DNA of 62,356 nt, taken from the IMG/VR virus record IMGVR_UViG_3300046000_004988, positions 1 through 62,356 of that record, one strand, 5' to 3'. Shown here in pieces: positions 17,974-28,466 of the stretch (position 1 is the first letter of the stretch; each line of letters starts with the position of its first letter). The translations under genes and the position numbers were made by a program. The stretch comes from a virus. Its lineage: Duplodnaviria; Caudoviricetes. The notes beneath the pieces are model-generated. The model searched no databases. It saw nothing but the letters and a program-made list of their open reading frames with translations, and had not been told where the DNA came from.

Positions 17974-18462
17974 TTATTTCGCTGCGTTTTCTTGGAATCT
18001 CTTGAGCCTGCGTTGTCTGTTTACTTCTCTGTGGTGTTCGGAGTGGTTCTCTGCACACAACCAGCGTACATCGAGTGGCTTGCTGTAGTCGTCGTGGTGG
18101 GCTTGAGATTCTGTATTCCCGCACACTTCGCATGGAGCTTTTTGGATCTTGCCGTTCGCTATGGCGATGGACACTTTCTTGTGAGCTGAACTTTTTTCGG
18201 GGTTTCTTTTGCGCCAGTTAGAGCGGACATGTCCAGAGTTCTTGCCTCCACCTGCTGCCCTATGCCTTGCGGCCTTGATGCGGTGCCTCTCAAGTTCAGA
18301 TTCATACCAATCCAGGTTTGTTGATTTGAGTCTGTTCTCTCTTTCCGCGACATCTGCCTTGGCGCAGGTTTTGCATTTGTTCAGGTGTCCGTCCAACATC
18401 TGCTTGTGGGCATAGAACTCGGACAGCGGTTTTTCCGTGTGGCATTTGAAGCAAGTTTTCAT
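17974..18462 (-). CDS. Zn-finger/HNH-like endonuclease
   Basis: MKTCFKC...CKTC...PCEVCG...AHHDDYSKPLDVRWLCAENH. Confidence 0.8.
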   Translation of the reverse strand: MKTCFKCHTEKPLSEFYAHKQMLDGHLNKCKTCAKADVAERENRLKSTNLDWYESELERHRIKAARHRAAGGGKNSGHVRSNWRKRNPEKSSAHKKVSIAIANGKIQKAPCEVCGNTESQAHHDDYSKPLDVRWLCAENHSEHHREVNRQRRLKRFQENAAK

Positions 18463-18514
18463 GGTTGGATAGGTAGCTCGGCGCGAGAACTGTTGCAACC
18501 TAAAAAGTTCCATT

Positions 18515-19384
18515 TTAGAACGGTATATCGTCGGAATCCGCAAGGTCGGTGATTGGACCTTCACCAAAATCCTGATTGCCTTCATCCTGAGTTGGAGGTG
18601 GTGCTCGATCTGGGGTGCGCTGCGGTGGTGCGCTGCGGTCCTGCTGCTGTTGACGAGGTGCCTGGTTTTGGACGCGATCCTTCACACGATCAGCAAGTTG
18701 ATTCGACTCAAGCAGTTGACTGATGCGGATGATGTCACTGGCGATCCGGTGGAGGTCTCGGCTGAACTCAGGGGTGTTGAGGAATTCAGCCAGATCTTCC
18801 GGAGGTGTGGAGTTGCTGATGAATGTGCAAGCCTCCTTGATTGCCATGCCGACAGTGATTCCAAGAATGGTCTTTGGTGGTTGACTGCGTGAACCCTGTG
18901 AGCCCTGCTGCGACTGCTGGTGGCGAGGTGCCTGCTGCTGATACCCTCCCTGATTTCCCGATGGGTGGCGTTGCTGCTGCGGTTGCTGCTGCGGTTGCTG
19001 CTGCGGTTGCTGCTGACGTGGTGCCTGATTTTGACCTCCGTCGATCCACGAGATTGAGCAGTTCTCACTGATGGAGAGTTGGATGTTCTGACGGTTGTCT
19101 TCCGTGATCTCAAGACCACGGACCTTGCCTTTGGATTCCGAGGCTTCAACTTCGATCTGATGACCGATGAGGTTCTTGATCTCGCCAATGTCACGATTCC
19201 AGAATTTGACTTCACAACGGAATCCATTGTCCTCGACGGAGCAAATATGGGCATGCCACACCTTTGGACTGTCAGGTTTAGAATTGAACGTCTTGACGAT
19301 GCTCCGGATGATGAAGCGAGTGGCTGCAATTTGGCATCCGACTCCAAGTTGAGTGATGCTTGATAGGGGTGTTGGTGTTCTCAT
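18515..19384 (-). CDS. ssb: Single-stranded DNA-binding protein-like
   Basis: OB-fold-like N-terminus, Gln-rich linker, acidic DSDDIPF C-terminal tail. Confidence 0.7.
   Translation of the reverse strand: MRTPTPLSSITQLGVGCQIAATRFIIRSIVKTFNSKPDSPKVWHAHICSVEDNGFRCEVKFWNRDIGEIKNLIGHQIEVEASESKGKVRGLEITEDNRQNIQLSISENCSISWIDGGQNQAPRQQQPQQQPQQQPQQQRHPSGNQGGYQQQAPRHQQSQQGSQGSRSQPPKTILGITVGMAIKEACTFISNSTPPEDLAEFLNTPEFSRDLHRIASDIIRISQLLESNQLADRVKDRVQNQAPRQQQQDRSAPPQRTPDRAPPPTQDEGNQDFGEGPITDLADSDDIPF
18970..19015. repeat. 12-bp coding tandem repeat (QQQP)n
   Basis: GTTGCTGCTGCG repeated about 3.8 times. Confidence 0.85.
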
Positions 19385-19392
19385 GGTATCTG

Positions 19393-19743
19393 TTAGTTCG
19401 TTGGTTTTGTTCTTGGTTCCCAGACAGTTGCCGCCTGGGTCAGTGGACCTGTCCTGCTAAATTCGATTCTGGCAAGTGCTTTGTTTGTCATTTTATCGAC
19501 GTAGTAAATTGTGGTTTCACCATCCCCATCCTCGACCACCACCTTCGATATACACCATCTGACGTAGTGGACCCAGAATGCCTCATCCATCCAAGTCATG
19601 CTTGATGCATTGAAGACAATCCGCGCTGAATCAAGAGACCTGTCCATGAGGCTTTTTATCGTCTTCCTGTCGGTGACGTTTCTTGGGGTCAGTGGAACCC
19701 AGTCGCAGTGACCGAGTTCAATTATCACTAAGGGGTCATTCAT
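19393..19743 (-). CDS. Hypothetical protein
   Basis: 116-aa ORF directly preceded by a palindrome copy at 19745. Confidence 0.6.
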   Translation of the reverse strand: MNDPLVIIELGHCDWVPLTPRNVTDRKTIKSLMDRSLDSARIVFNASSMTWMDEAFWVHYVRWCISKVVVEDGDGETTIYYVDKMTNKALARIEFSRTGPLTQAATVWEPRTKPTN

Positions 19744-19767
19744 TGGGTCGGATGTCGGACCCGTTTG

Positions 19768-22698
19768 TTATTCGTAAAGGAGGGTCAGATCCCTTATGAT
19801 ACACTGAAGGTTATCCCCAGATGTTATCTTCAGTTTGATTTTTGCAGCGGTGTCACGGATTGACATGGACACACGATGTGGTCTCTGGCGATCCTTTCCA
19901 CCAATCTCTCCGTAATCGACGGTGACTGTCCTGCCGTCAAGACCAATCAGTGATGCCTCAACATACCCTCTTGATCCTGACACCGATCTGAATTCCACAC
20001 CCCTGAATGTTATCGGTTTTCCTCCACCACCAAGGATGGATGAGTCGATGAATCCTGTCTCAAGGATGCTCTCGTTTGAGCGCCACAATTTCTTCGATAC
20101 GCCACCAACTGTGATCGTTGATGCGTTGTATCCAGCATGACTCGTTGGAAGAGGTGTTGATGTGTCGTGGAGCGTAATTGCAGCCTGCGACGATAGATCG
20201 TTCACTCTGCCTGAATTCAACTGTGTAGATGTATTCCACACGAATAGGTTCCCTGTGTCATCACCGAGAATGTAGACCCCTCGACCTCCTTCGAGTGAGC
20301 AAACATGAGTTGGGGCGCATGGCTGATAGTATGGTCCGTAGACTCCTCCGTTTGTATCATCAAGCGCAAAGCCAATGATGCCAGTGTCTGTTGGCATCCA
20401 GAAGAAGATCATTTGAGTCTTCGTGTCATGCAAGAGATTGCACTTGTATGTGGATCTCTCCATCTGATCTACGGAAACGTATGACCTGATGTACGCGATA
20501 GCGTTGTTGGTTAGGGATTCTCCAGCCCTGGTGCCGTATCTTGCTCCGTTGAACGAGTAGATGTTCTGGTCATTTGCCAGGAACATAATCTTGTTACCTC
20601 GACCTGTTGTGCAGCATGATCCATTTGCCATTCCCGCCTGAATTGGTGGCTCGTGCTGGACGTTTGTGTCACCAGGATCGACTATGACGATTCCGTCATT
20701 GTAGTGAACATGCAGGCTGATCTTGTCGGAATACAATCCACTGACGGCATCGGATGCTGTGCCAAACGATTTTGCGATGGTGTCGTAATCCGTCAAGGAT
20801 ACCCCCTCTGGGTGAACCTCGTCAAACGCCTGTGTCTTTGATGAGTAGACTCTCGATTCATCATTTGGCACGCCAGCGCACCACACGCTATTTCCAGCCA
20901 TTGATGCGTACCTGTGGGCTGGTGGTCTATTCTGGTCAGCACTCATTAAATCACCAGGCTCAATCTGTGAGCCGATGACGAAATAAACAGCATCAACGTG
21001 GGCAACACCGATTAGACTGTCTGTGGTCGTAAGATCTATCGCGGCGGCACCTCTTGTGGCTGAGATCTTGACCGTATAGGATGTGGCATCTCTGACGATA
21101 TAGTCAGTTGCCAAGCTGATCCCATTTGGATTTGTTGTGAATCTAATGATGTCCCCGTTGCTCCACCCGTGATCGCAAGATCTTGACACCCTGTGCCCGC
21201 TCGACGTGACTGCTCCAGGGTATACGATTGGAGTTCCGCCTGGGGTTGCAGACAGTTTGAAGAAATAAGCACTGCCATTGTGTGGAGTCGCGTAGTATTT
21301 AGTGAATTCTGTGAATGGCGCGATGGTTGCAGACAGGAACACTGCATCACCATCTGAGAATGTATGGGGTGCTGGAGATTCCCAGATGTCCGACAGACCA
21401 CTTACCGAGCATCCGGTTAAAACTTTATTAGCAGACCAAAGCCTATCTCCAGCCCCATCCTTGATCACGATTGCTTCCTTTGGGGATGCAGTGATTGGTG
21501 TGTCGTTCATCAGGTTCCACACTGGGTCAACGTCACCGTGTTGCTTGTAGACCCTGATGCCGCTTCCTGGTGTGGCAAATCTGCCGCTTTCAACTTCGGA
21601 TTGAGTCACTGGGATTCGCACCAGAATGTCTTTGTTTGATGCCGCATCAATCACCAGGGTATTTGACACAAGAGACGACGGTCCCTCGTATCCGCAGTTG
21701 TTATGCCCTGCATCAAAGTATCTCAGATAAACCGTGATCACTTCACTTGTTAGACCAGCAGATGTCCCAGTCCCTGATCCATCAGCAAGATAACCAATTG
21801 TCCATGCAGAAATTGCTGTTCCTCCGACTGTGGTTGATGCGGTGAGAACTGGGACTGCGTTTGTGTCTCCGTTCACGAATGACACTATCTGAGCGTGTGT
21901 CGTTCCAGTTGGTGCTGTGATGGTGTAGATATACGGAATGCCAACGACTCCATCTCCAGTAATTGTCGATGTTAGTGTTGCGTATCCTCCAACATTTATC
22001 ACCACCTGGATCTTATCATTCCCTGATGCTCCTGGAAAGTTTTCTGCGCTGGCGGTGAATGTCAGGGTCGTCCCGTTGTTCCTGAACGCCTGGACGTTTT
22101 CTGAAGACTCAGGAGTGATTGCGCTGATTACTGCCGCCCCTGGAACTTCATTTGTCCCTCGCTTCCTCCATTTGCCAGGTGCCTTAGTTCTGGCAAGCTG
22201 GACGCACACAGGAACGTCAACGCCGTTTTGGATGAAGAGTTCCCCGTAACTCATCTCTCCGTACCATCTGGCATCAGAGTCGAGCCCAACAGCAAGAGCG
22301 TTGAAGTATGGAGAACCACCGTTTGCCCCAACTGTGAATGACACATCTCCGGTGTATGTACCGTCATCGCCCATGTAGAACAAGCCTCTGAGCTTCCTCC
22401 CTGTCATGTCGTAAAGCATGAGGATGTTCTTGCCGTGCTGGTAGATCCTGACGGCAACTGTCTTGTCTGCCGATGTGAGGTATCCGGATCCTGATGGATG
22501 CGCTACACCTAGAAGCGTGTTGTGGATGGTTGCTGACTCACCGAGTTGCCATAGTCGCTCAAGAATCGGTTGACCGCTGAATGCCTCAAGTGGTCGAGGG
22601 ATAATACCCTTGCCGACAAGGAGGTTGTTTCCAAGCTGGGTTGAGTCGGTCAATGAGACGACTGGACCAATTTTCGGTATCGGTAGTCTCTTGATCAT
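19768..22698 (-). CDS. Tail nozzle / DNA stabilization protein (P22 gp10-like position)
   Basis: ~976-aa beta-rich protein following the adaptor; ends LKITS...IIRDLTLLYE; internal HTFSDGDAV / HGWSNGDII repeats. Confidence 0.65.
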   Translation of the reverse strand: MIKRLPIPKIGPVVSLTDSTQLGNNLLVGKGIIPRPLEAFSGQPILERLWQLGESATIHNTLLGVAHPSGSGYLTSADKTVAVRIYQHGKNILMLYDMTGRKLRGLFYMGDDGTYTGDVSFTVGANGGSPYFNALAVGLDSDARWYGEMSYGELFIQNGVDVPVCVQLARTKAPGKWRKRGTNEVPGAAVISAITPESSENVQAFRNNGTTLTFTASAENFPGASGNDKIQVVINVGGYATLTSTITGDGVVGIPYIYTITAPTGTTHAQIVSFVNGDTNAVPVLTASTTVGGTAISAWTIGYLADGSGTGTSAGLTSEVITVYLRYFDAGHNNCGYEGPSSLVSNTLVIDAASNKDILVRIPVTQSEVESGRFATPGSGIRVYKQHGDVDPVWNLMNDTPITASPKEAIVIKDGAGDRLWSANKVLTGCSVSGLSDIWESPAPHTFSDGDAVFLSATIAPFTEFTKYYATPHNGSAYFFKLSATPGGTPIVYPGAVTSSGHRVSRSCDHGWSNGDIIRFTTNPNGISLATDYIVRDATSYTVKISATRGAAAIDLTTTDSLIGVAHVDAVYFVIGSQIEPGDLMSADQNRPPAHRYASMAGNSVWCAGVPNDESRVYSSKTQAFDEVHPEGVSLTDYDTIAKSFGTASDAVSGLYSDKISLHVHYNDGIVIVDPGDTNVQHEPPIQAGMANGSCCTTGRGNKIMFLANDQNIYSFNGARYGTRAGESLTNNAIAYIRSYVSVDQMERSTYKCNLLHDTKTQMIFFWMPTDTGIIGFALDDTNGGVYGPYYQPCAPTHVCSLEGGRGVYILGDDTGNLFVWNTSTQLNSGRVNDLSSQAAITLHDTSTPLPTSHAGYNASTITVGGVSKKLWRSNESILETGFIDSSILGGGGKPITFRGVEFRSVSGSRGYVEASLIGLDGRTVTVDYGEIGGKDRQRPHRVSMSIRDTAAKIKLKITSGDNLQCIIRDLTLLYE

Positions 22699-22699
22699 C

Positions 22700-23593
22700 T
22701 CAGTATAGTTCGTTGACGAGTTTTCCTGGAGCAGTTGATCCCTCTGTGTCACCGAGGTCAGCAAGGGTCTGCATTGCGGCAGCGTATGCGGCGGAGTTTC
22801 CAGGGATTCGAGAATCGGAAACCAATGTGCTGAACTCGCTCAACTTCTGAATGACAACAGGAATGAGGATGCTGTCAACGTATCCCATGGGAACGAGGTC
22901 TTGCCTGTCTTCATCAAATGCCGCGACATCCAGGGGTCTTGCGTAGTACTCGATGTAAATCCTGGATGCTGATGTCGGAAGCGTGTCGAGCTTCAAGTGT
23001 GGTCTGCGGGCACCGGATGAGTTGTATCTGGACACCAGCCTAACGTATGATGGTTCACCAAATATAACGTCACCAACAGTCTGGTCGCCCTGTCCGAGTT
23101 GATCATTCGATCCGGCGATGATCAGTCTTTCTTTGCCGATGATCGCGACATCACCCTTCATGCGAATGAAGTCATCAGGAGTCTCGATGATGTCGTTGTA
23201 GATCGTGGCGTTGTTTGATGCCGTTGACCCAAGGTATGGAAGCATGAGTTGCGTGCTTGACACACCACGACGCTGGAGTCGGTTGATCGCAGTGTCTCCA
23301 TCAATGATGATCGCGTTGTTGAGCGCCCAAAGGTTTGAAGAGAGTGAAGCCCAGGCGAACGTCTTTGCTCCCAGTGCCATTCCAGTCAGTGCTGCTGCTG
23401 TTGGACTTCTCAGATACCCAGTCCACTCATCGGTTCGGTGCCAGGATGACGGAGAGTAGGTCGAGATGATCTGGATGGCAGCATTGACTGCACGAAGCAT
23501 GGTTGCCTGCTGGTTCGTGTCTGCGTCAGTAATATCCGACAGACCGCATGCGTCCAGGATTGCTGATTTAATTGAGGCTACCTGGGATGCCAT
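22700..23593 (-). CDS. Head-tail adaptor protein
   Basis: Position, plus TPDDF...GEPSY...LDTLPTS motifs typical of podovirus adaptors. Confidence 0.6.
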   Translation of the reverse strand: MASQVASIKSAILDACGLSDITDADTNQQATMLRAVNAAIQIISTYSPSSWHRTDEWTGYLRSPTAAALTGMALGAKTFAWASLSSNLWALNNAIIIDGDTAINRLQRRGVSSTQLMLPYLGSTASNNATIYNDIIETPDDFIRMKGDVAIIGKERLIIAGSNDQLGQGDQTVGDVIFGEPSYVRLVSRYNSSGARRPHLKLDTLPTSASRIYIEYYARPLDVAAFDEDRQDLVPMGYVDSILIPVVIQKLSEFSTLVSDSRIPGNSAAYAAAMQTLADLGDTEGSTAPGKLVNELY

Positions 23594-23599
23594 GGTATT

Positions 23600-24139
23600 T
23601 TATGCGGTGAAGATTTTGGCTGATGCGCCCTTGCCTTTGATGACGAGTTTGTCAGACTTCTTCGCGCAGTCCAAGATGAAAGACACATCTGCGACCAAGT
23701 TCTTCGCGAGTGATGCGGCTGAGACACCAGGGAAGTCTTTGAGAATAGCAATGATGTCTCGTGTGACCTCCTCGACTGCGAGTGAGTGGGAGTTCTCAAC
23801 GATTGGTTCGGTTTTTGGTGCTTCGACTGGCTTGTCTTTCTCGATACTTTGGACGGTGGAGGTTGGCAATTCTTTGTCCAGGTCGAGCACCTGAAGATCT
23901 CGTTCGCCCCTTGCATTCACTGTGTCTAATTCGAGCATGAACATTGGCAGCGACGGGTTCAGTGATCTGGATCTGCCAAAGATCGTGGAGAACACGTCCT
24001 TTTTGTTAGCCTCAGTGACCCTGAAGACCTGACGCTTTAGAATTGGACAGTAATGACTGTGTCCGATTGTCCTCCCTTGGAGGTTTGCGACAGAAACTTT
24101 TTGCCCGTTGGGCCAAGTGGCGAAGAGTGCGATTCTCAT
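23600..24139 (-). CDS. Hypothetical protein with possible C-terminal winged helix
   Basis: IIAILKDFPGVSAASLAKNL; has its own promoter-like element directly upstream. Confidence 0.55.
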   Translation of the reverse strand: MRIALFATWPNGQKVSVANLQGRTIGHSHYCPILKRQVFRVTEANKKDVFSTIFGRSRSLNPSLPMFMLELDTVNARGERDLQVLDLDKELPTSTVQSIEKDKPVEAPKTEPIVENSHSLAVEEVTRDIIAILKDFPGVSAASLAKNLVADVSFILDCAKKSDKLVIKGKGASAKIFTA

Positions 24140-24146
24140 GACACGA

Positions 24147-24175
24147 AGCCTAACGGGCAAAGATTGTTCCTGCAA
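24147..24175 (-). promoter_or_regulatory. sigma70-like promoter, probably leaderless
   Basis: TTGCAG-N17-TAGGCT, 7 nt upstream of ATG 24139. Confidence 0.5.
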
Positions 24176-24186
24176 GCAGGTTTTGA

Positions 24187-24693
24187 TTATGCGGCAGCAC
24201 CTTTGATCACTGCAAAGTTGATCACCATCGCGGCGTTCAGCGCATTGGTAGCGTGAACATTGGTGATGACGATCTTGCAAGATCCAGCAGCAACGCCTTT
24301 GACGGAAAGCATTGGTGTCCCTGCTCCAGCGTAAGTCGTGGATAGGGCAATGATGTCCGTTGCGGCAATCTTGCTGTTTGTTAGGGTGAACTCCTCTTCA
24401 GCGGCAGCGGCAGTTGTTAGAGCAACCGTTGTTACCTGACCTCTGAGTTTGTTCAGAGTTACTGCTGTGGCAGATGTTGGAGTGTCGTATGATGCCTGAC
24501 TGATGGTTCCGCCAATTCCCGTTGGAGTAAGTCCGAAGACGAACAAGAGGAACTGAAGGATGGAGAACTGGCGGATGCGACGACGGTGTCCTTGTGGGAA
24601 TGCACTGTCGATGACTTTGAGCAACCAACTGCTGTCACCTGTGGTTGGTGATTCGGAGGTCGTGTTTTGGAGATAGTCGAAATCAGTGTTCAT
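24187..24693 (-). CDS. Capsid decoration/cement-like protein
   Basis: Directly follows the major capsid gene; TAVTLN...FTLTNSKIAATD...VINFAVIK. Confidence 0.6.
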   Translation of the reverse strand: MNTDFDYLQNTTSESPTTGDSSWLLKVIDSAFPQGHRRRIRQFSILQFLLFVFGLTPTGIGGTISQASYDTPTSATAVTLNKLRGQVTTVALTTAAAAEEEFTLTNSKIAATDIIALSTTYAGAGTPMLSVKGVAAGSCKIVITNVHATNALNAAMVINFAVIKGAAA

Positions 24694-24712
24694 GTGGATG
24701 TGGTATGGGATG

Positions 24713-24738
24713 AAGGGGGTCGGAAGTCCGACCCCCTT
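24713..24738. terminator. Hairpin after the capsid gene, built around a GGGTC-N8-GACCC site
   Basis: AAGGGGGTCGGA-AG-TCCGACCCCCTT. Confidence 0.45.
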
Positions 24739-24752
24739 GTGTTTCGCTAATC

Positions 24753-26393
24753 TTAGACGATAGCGTCGAAATAGCCCTGCGGTGTGTAGGCTCCCTGAAC
24801 CACAACGAAACCGTTCTTGGTGCCGTTGGTGTCTTCGTTCGCTTTGCAACCCCAGACCATTTCCATGCCGATGGCGATGTCCTTGCCGTGCTCCTGCTTC
24901 TCTTCAGTGCGGCGACCAAAAGCGGTCTTGCCGTCCAAAGATCCGTAGCCGCACATCATGAACCCGTCAGAGATGCCGTAGCCATAGCTGAGGATGGTTC
25001 CCTTGACGTTGCACTGGTAGACTTCGGCACCGATGGCAATTTCAGCCTCAGTGAGCTTGGTCGTATCAGCGAGACCACCAACACCCCACTGGGCAGCGTC
25101 GGACTTGACCGCAATATCAGCGATGGAACTGCGATTGATGCCGTTGGTTGCCGTTGCGTCTGTGCTGGTTCCTCCTGAGGCTGAGAGAGCACGAGTGAGC
25201 ACCATTTTGTTGCCATCGCACATCTTGTAAGCGAAGAGTCTCCACTTGCCTGCATTGGCACCGCTGCGGGCGCGGACAGCAATGTACTTCTCTGGGGAAG
25301 TGCCTTCAGTTAGGGTGGTGAACTTCTCGCCTTCAAAGCCGACGTATGGGGCGTTGTGGAAGTTCTGGACGTAGTCCACATCCGTCTTGAGGGCAGCAGC
25401 AGCAGAACCACCAAACGTCAGGACAAAGCCAAGGGCATTGATCGGGATCGTGGCGGAGCCATTGTTGGTGGCAGCAGCAGTTGCTGTTGGGTTTGCGGGG
25501 ATTGCGACACCAGTGGTTGCGAACGGAATCAGACGGGCACCCTGGGTGGCGTCATAATCGTTGGCTTCGATCATCCACTCGTTGAGAATGGTGTTGTCGA
25601 TGATTGGCTTGCCGCCAGCCAGGAGGGACTGCGAAGGACCACGGTTTTCGGCCATGGCGACGAGTTCCTTGAACGTGCTGTTGCGGTTCAGGTCAGCAAA
25701 CAGGAACTGAGTGCCCTGGATGTAGTAGCGTGGGATGCGCTGATTGTTTGGACCGTTGCTGATCATCAGTGCTTTCGCATTGAGGGCAAGCAGGGAGTCT
25801 CGAACATCAGTGATGGTCGAGAGGGAGAAGACGTCGGCAGAACCGAGGGAGTCTTCAGATCCAACTGCATTCGGGCGAACGATGTTGCGACCACTCGTGA
25901 GAGCAGCACCATCAGTCGTTGCTTCGAGACGTGCAGCGCGGAAGATTTCAGCTTCCACATCCATGTGTTGACGTGCTGCTGCCCACTCGGAGAGGAGCGA
26001 CTGAACGTCTTTATCCCATTCGCTGCCCATAGCGGTCTGCGCTGAGGCAATGCGGGACTGCGAGGAACCGTGCCACATCGCACCGACCTTGGCGCGGAAG
26101 TAGCGGTCCTTCACTTTTTCTTCATAGCCGACACGAGCGGAATCGCCCTGACGACCACGAGCACCGAAGCCAGCCTTGCGTTTGGCGACGATTTCCTGAC
26201 CTGCAAGTCGACGGAAATCCGCGACTTCAATGATGGGCTTGCCGCCACCGAGCCCGCCGAACCATCCGGCGATTGGGTTGTAGAGACGACTCTGCATGAT
26301 CACAGATGCCATCCATGCGACCTCTTGCGAGTTCGCGGAGTCGGCGGCGATGATTTCTGCCAGGGTCCGTTTGTTTACTGCTGAGTATGCCAT
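24753..26393 (-). CDS. Major capsid protein (N4 gp56 / DUF4043-like)
   Basis: Follows the scaffold gene; strongly biased codon usage; RVGYEEKV and EEKQEHGKDIAIGMEMVWG motifs; AAAGGAA RBS. Confidence 0.8.
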   Translation of the reverse strand: MAYSAVNKRTLAEIIAADSANSQEVAWMASVIMQSRLYNPIAGWFGGLGGGKPIIEVADFRRLAGQEIVAKRKAGFGARGRQGDSARVGYEEKVKDRYFRAKVGAMWHGSSQSRIASAQTAMGSEWDKDVQSLLSEWAAARQHMDVEAEIFRAARLEATTDGAALTSGRNIVRPNAVGSEDSLGSADVFSLSTITDVRDSLLALNAKALMISNGPNNQRIPRYYIQGTQFLFADLNRNSTFKELVAMAENRGPSQSLLAGGKPIIDNTILNEWMIEANDYDATQGARLIPFATTGVAIPANPTATAAATNNGSATIPINALGFVLTFGGSAAAALKTDVDYVQNFHNAPYVGFEGEKFTTLTEGTSPEKYIAVRARSGANAGKWRLFAYKMCDGNKMVLTRALSASGGTSTDATATNGINRSSIADIAVKSDAAQWGVGGLADTTKLTEAEIAIGAEVYQCNVKGTILSYGYGISDGFMMCGYGSLDGKTAFGRRTEEKQEHGKDIAIGMEMVWGCKANEDTNGTKNGFVVVQGAYTPQGYFDAIV

Positions 26394-26562
26394 ATCGGTG
26401 TTCCTTTATGTGTGTGGGTGTTGTTGTTGTTGCGCGGAACACCCACACACAAACATGCACTCGCACGTCTACGGTTGGTGAACCGAGATTGTGTTGACTC
26501 GTCCAGGGATTTCCCCCTGAGTCAGAAAGTGACGTGTATGAAACCCTTCGTGGGGTCTCTTT

Positions 26563-27741
26563 TTAGACAAGGTGGAACCTGGATGGTCGCACTCCTTCAC
26601 TCCTTGCTGGTGCTCCACCTGTGGTTTTGTTTCCACGGATGATTCCAGAAAGGGATGCAAGGAAGTCAGCATCGCTGGAGTCTGGGTCCAATTGAACCCT
26701 TTCTTCCTGGATGATGCCTGCGGCACTCCTGTTCGTTACTTGGCTAAGGCTAGCTGACGATGGCACCCCACCGATTTTCTCGGTAGTTTGTGACCGTTGC
26801 TCTGCTCCGTTCGCGTTGGGCTTCGCCTCTAACGCAGATTTTTGTGGAGTCCCTTCAAGGCGACTCTTTGCCTCGACCACAATGCGCCGAAGCGCGGCTG
26901 GGTCGGTTGGATTATACCAGTCTGGCGCTCTCCCCTGCTTGGAGAGTTCGACAAGTTGACGGGTTTTGGCATCGACCAAGTAGTAGAGATCACTCTCGAC
27001 ATTGGCGACGTCCGGAAATTCCTGGATGATTTGAGCCTCAGCAGACTCGAAACTCTTGTTCCAATCATTCGACTTGGCCTGCTCCTGGGCAGCGTCATGT
27101 CGGTTGATGGCAATGCTGGCATGCAGATCATTGCGCTTGCGTGAGAGGTCTTCCCACTCTTCGTCGCGAAGACCAATACGGTCCTTCTCGATGAGTTGGT
27201 CCTCGATGTCCTTCAGGTCTGCCTGATCGACTTCCAGCTTTGCGGATGCTGGGAGATCTTCGTATGCGACAGTGCCGTCATCTGCCTCAGACTCAGCAAT
27301 GCCAAGGGCTTTTCGAGCCATGACTTCAGCGTCCGCAAACGAGAGTGCTGGATATGCGGCAGCGAGCTTCATTGTCTCGGCCTTGAGTGGGTCGAGATGA
27401 CCAAGGTATGCCCTGTCTCGACCTTCCTTGGGTCCGGATTCCGACCCAGGATTTTCTTCGGTGGATTTCTCCTCAGTCTTCGACTCAGCTTTCACTTCAG
27501 CGACCTTCTGAGTTGCCTGAGGCTTTGTGACCTTCGTTTCGTCAAGATCAGTGTCGAAGTCTTCACCGTGACCGATGACAAGATCTGCATCACTGATGTT
27601 GTCTTCGGACTTCACCTCTTTGACACCGTTCGCCTTGTCTTTGAGAGACTGAAGGAACTGCGCGTCAGTGAACCCCTCGTTCCCATCCAATGCGTTGGAT
27701 TCGAGTTCTGGAGTTTCGGCTGAGATGATTTCTTCGTCCAT
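26563..27741 (-). CDS. Capsid scaffolding protein
   Basis: Acidic coiled-coil 392-aa protein immediately upstream of the MCP gene. Confidence 0.7.
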   Translation of the reverse strand: MDEEIISAETPELESNALDGNEGFTDAQFLQSLKDKANGVKEVKSEDNISDADLVIGHGEDFDTDLDETKVTKPQATQKVAEVKAESKTEEKSTEENPGSESGPKEGRDRAYLGHLDPLKAETMKLAAAYPALSFADAEVMARKALGIAESEADDGTVAYEDLPASAKLEVDQADLKDIEDQLIEKDRIGLRDEEWEDLSRKRNDLHASIAINRHDAAQEQAKSNDWNKSFESAEAQIIQEFPDVANVESDLYYLVDAKTRQLVELSKQGRAPDWYNPTDPAALRRIVVEAKSRLEGTPQKSALEAKPNANGAEQRSQTTEKIGGVPSSASLSQVTNRSAAGIIQEERVQLDPDSSDADFLASLSGIIRGNKTTGGAPARSEGVRPSRFHLV

Positions 27742-27750
27742 TGTGATAAA

Positions 27751-27778
27751 AAGCTATGGTCTGGTTTTTGGCATGCAA
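27751..27778 (-). promoter_or_regulatory. Putative late promoter
   Basis: TTGCAT-N16-TAGCTT; shares GCTTG...GACCATAGCTTT with the element at 54148-54175. Confidence 0.5.
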
Positions 27779-27788
27779 GCGGAAATGT

Positions 27789-28466
27789 TTATTTCATGTA
27801 ACTGCGGTACTCATCTCCTGCCCACGTCTTGCACATCCATGGTCTTGGGTGGCTTGCCCAACATACAATTCTTGTGCCCTCCCTGGAGGTTGCGTGGAGT
27901 GGGTGTGACGCAGGAACGTAGTGGGCTTTGATTCCTGGAATAAGGTCATCCAAGTAACGCCGATCAATGCCTAAATTAACCATCTCTGTCGCAGAAAAAT
28001 CCATGACTCCCCAGATTGTTTTATGATCGGCTGGTCTTTGGACGCTGCGCTCTTGATCGAAACATTCAGCCACTACTCGATGGTCTCCATTCCAGATGCA
28101 AACACCATCAGACCACTTTGGGCGGAGAAAGTCGTGAATTCCGTAAATTGCGTTGGGTTCGCACGACATTGCTAAATCAGTGAATGGTTTCAGCGAGTCG
28201 CAAATAAGTGTATCAAGTCCAACAAGTATTGTTGGACCACAGAATCTGTACGCCTCAAGAACTGACCACCATCCGGTCCACTTTGTCCTCATGGGAACGT
28301 GCCAGTCTTCTGATGGCGTATCGGTGATGCAGTAGAACTTGAATCGAGCGTCTCTATTGTGAGCGTAGAACTGTCGGCGCAAGCACTCGGCGTGCTTTAT
28401 GTTGTAGTCTCCGCCTGAGCGGCAGACGACGACGAACGATGGATCTGATGTGGCGAGGTCAAGCAT
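27789..28466 (-). CDS. Glycosyltransferase-like protein (GT-A fold)
   Basis: FYCITD, GWWSVLEAY, ILVGLDT, HPRPW motifs seen in phage GT8-like proteins. Confidence 0.65.
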   Translation of the reverse strand: MLDLATSDPSFVVVCRSGGDYNIKHAECLRRQFYAHNRDARFKFYCITDTPSEDWHVPMRTKWTGWWSVLEAYRFCGPTILVGLDTLICDSLKPFTDLAMSCEPNAIYGIHDFLRPKWSDGVCIWNGDHRVVAECFDQERSVQRPADHKTIWGVMDFSATEMVNLGIDRRYLDDLIPGIKAHYVPASHPLHATSREGTRIVCWASHPRPWMCKTWAGDEYRSYMK

